DNA of 63,999 nucleotides, the filler included, from Sphacelaria rigidula (lineage: Eukaryota), in NCBI GenBank assembly GCA_964200075.2. It is 3 parts of 3 records of this genome, joined end to end, with 100 filler letters (N's around TTAATTAATTAA, not from the genome) between each part and the next. Parts side by side here need not be neighbours in the genome. Positions count along the whole stretch, not along the records: positions 43,516 to 63,999 come from CAXNAA020000523.1; 2 more parts are not named here. The stretch is one strand, 5' to 3'. Both the position numbers and the translations under genes were made by a program. Positions 62,500 through 63,999 of this stretch are shown piece by piece (positions within the stretch are counted from its first letter, which is position 1; each line of letters opens with the position of its first letter). The notes below the pieces were generated by a model, which made no database searches, had not been told where the DNA came from, and saw only the letters and a program-made list of their open reading frames with translations.

Positions 62500-63190
62500 G
62501 TATTGGAAGATGTAGTTTATGAAACAAATGGAGATTCTGATGGCGGGATAAAACAAATGTGGGGAGGGATAAAATGGGTCATGGGAAACTAGGCAGAGGA
62601 GATACGAGCACAGAACGGTAAAATGGTTGGTAGTTCGAAGGGGAAGAGAGAAGTGCTGGTAAAGCACTGCCGTATACTGGGAACACCAAAACATAACACG
62701 AAGTTCGACACGGAATTCGATAAAGAAGCCAACGTGCGATTAGAGACAAATGTAGAAGCGTCAAAACGGAAGGATGGTGGCCCCAAAGAATCGCGGCGAG
62801 AGTTTACCAGAGATGGAGTAAAGAAGTGTGTGTATAGAGCGAAAAGGCAGCAGGGGCGGATGAAATAGTGAATGAATTTACAAGGTATGGGCAAGAGGGA
62901 ATGGTTACCATAATGGTATGCTGTGTAACCGGACCTGAGAAACGAGCACACACCCAAGAGGTGGATAGAAGGAGTAGTAGTCAACCTCTCCGAAGAAGGG
63001 GACAAGGCTGATCCACGGAGTTATCGAGGGATAACGCTACTGAGCACAGTATGGAAACAATTATGTAAGATTCTGAACGATAGAGTGTGAGCGATGCTGG
63101 AAAAGGAAGAGAGCAACGAGGGGCGAGTAGCTTTCAGACCAATTAGTAGCTGCGTGGACCACGAATACACATTAGGTACGATTATTGTAC
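62500..63190 (+). pseudogene. LINE ORF2 (reverse transcriptase N-terminal part) fragment
   Basis: AAGADEIVNE, PKRWIEGVVVNL...GDKADPRSYRGITLLSTV.K...KILNDRV and FRPISSCVDH..TL..II are typical non-LTR RT domain 0-3 motifs; stops and frameshifts present. Confidence 0.88.
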
Positions 63191-63999
63191 TGCGTGGTGT
63201 TTAAATGGTGAGACACCCATGAGGCAGTGTGTAAACCGTGGCTGTCTGCAGAAGTGGCGATACCAGAACATGAAGCAACTCATTAGAGGCTTTCGTCCGA
63301 ATGCAAGATAATCAGTACGCTTCGGGCGAAACAATATTAGCAGGATGCAGGTCACCCTTCATGTGATTCACCGAGCACATCACGGCGCTCCGCGCCTGGT
63401 GATTGATCGCGAGCCTGGTCCGGCGAAAATCCGGCGTGCCCCGTCCCGGCTCAGTAGGAACGCGAGGTCAATGGTCGTTTGACTATGGCGTGCAAAGTCA
63501 TGAGTACCTCCCTCCCCCGCCAAGCTAGTTGGGGGGCGGAGTGCATAATATGACAAACTTCGAGAGAAACTGCAAAAAAGGCTGGGTCCTGTGTTCGGGA
63601 AGAACCGATGTTTTGTGCAGGGGCGGGAATAATGTCCCCAGATATTTCTAGTCGTTGCAGTTTCTAGCAGTCATTTCAGGACACAATGATCTGCACGATT
63701 GCATGTGTGATGCGTCAGGTGAGGCAGTCCAGTGTAAGAGATGCAATATGGTACTTCCTCTGTCCCATAAGTCTGTATCGTTATGGACGTTTAATCGTGT
63801 GGATATTTCAATGCTCACGATCATGCTACAGTTGGGCTCGTTAGAGAGATAACTTGCAGACGAAGCTGACTGAGAAAAAGAAAAGAAAAGAAAAACTTGT
63901 TTTCAATACCAAAATCATATCAAAATATACACCATTTTGGCCCTTTTGGGTCCACTTATACCCCGATGTTGACCGATTTTGGACGTTTTGACGTCGAGC

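Overview
Eukaryotic, intron-rich DNA of about 50% GC. Intron style and repeat content suggest a brown alga (Ectocarpales-like); this is an inference. The window joins three assembly pieces with artificial 100-bp N44-TTAATTAATTAA-N44 linkers (21680-21779, 43416-43515). Piece 1 has a + strand 2OG-Fe(II) oxygenase converging on a 15-exon minus-strand gene (6498-21126, ~1593 aa, assembled by hand with consistent splice phases). That gene has a RUN - coiled coil - PX-like - Rubicon-homology (RH) architecture, i.e. a Rubicon/PLEKHM1-like Rab7-effector candidate. Piece 1 also has a 230-nt hairpin near its start. Piece 2 has a small 2-TM protein gene and a decayed Ty3/Gypsy chromovirus-like retroelement (gag CCHC, PR, RT, RNase H, IN, chromodomain plus an extra Tudor-like module, candidate 3' LTR). 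The element carries three nested insertions, a tRNA-derived SINE and two MITEs with 4-bp TSDs, and removing each one restores the local reading frame. Piece 3 has a hAT-type MITE, a mostly disordered protein ending in a CaaX-like motif, and LINE and possible tyrosine-recombinase relics. No rRNA, intact tRNA or CRISPR array was found. All domain calls come from motif recognition by eye, not database searches.
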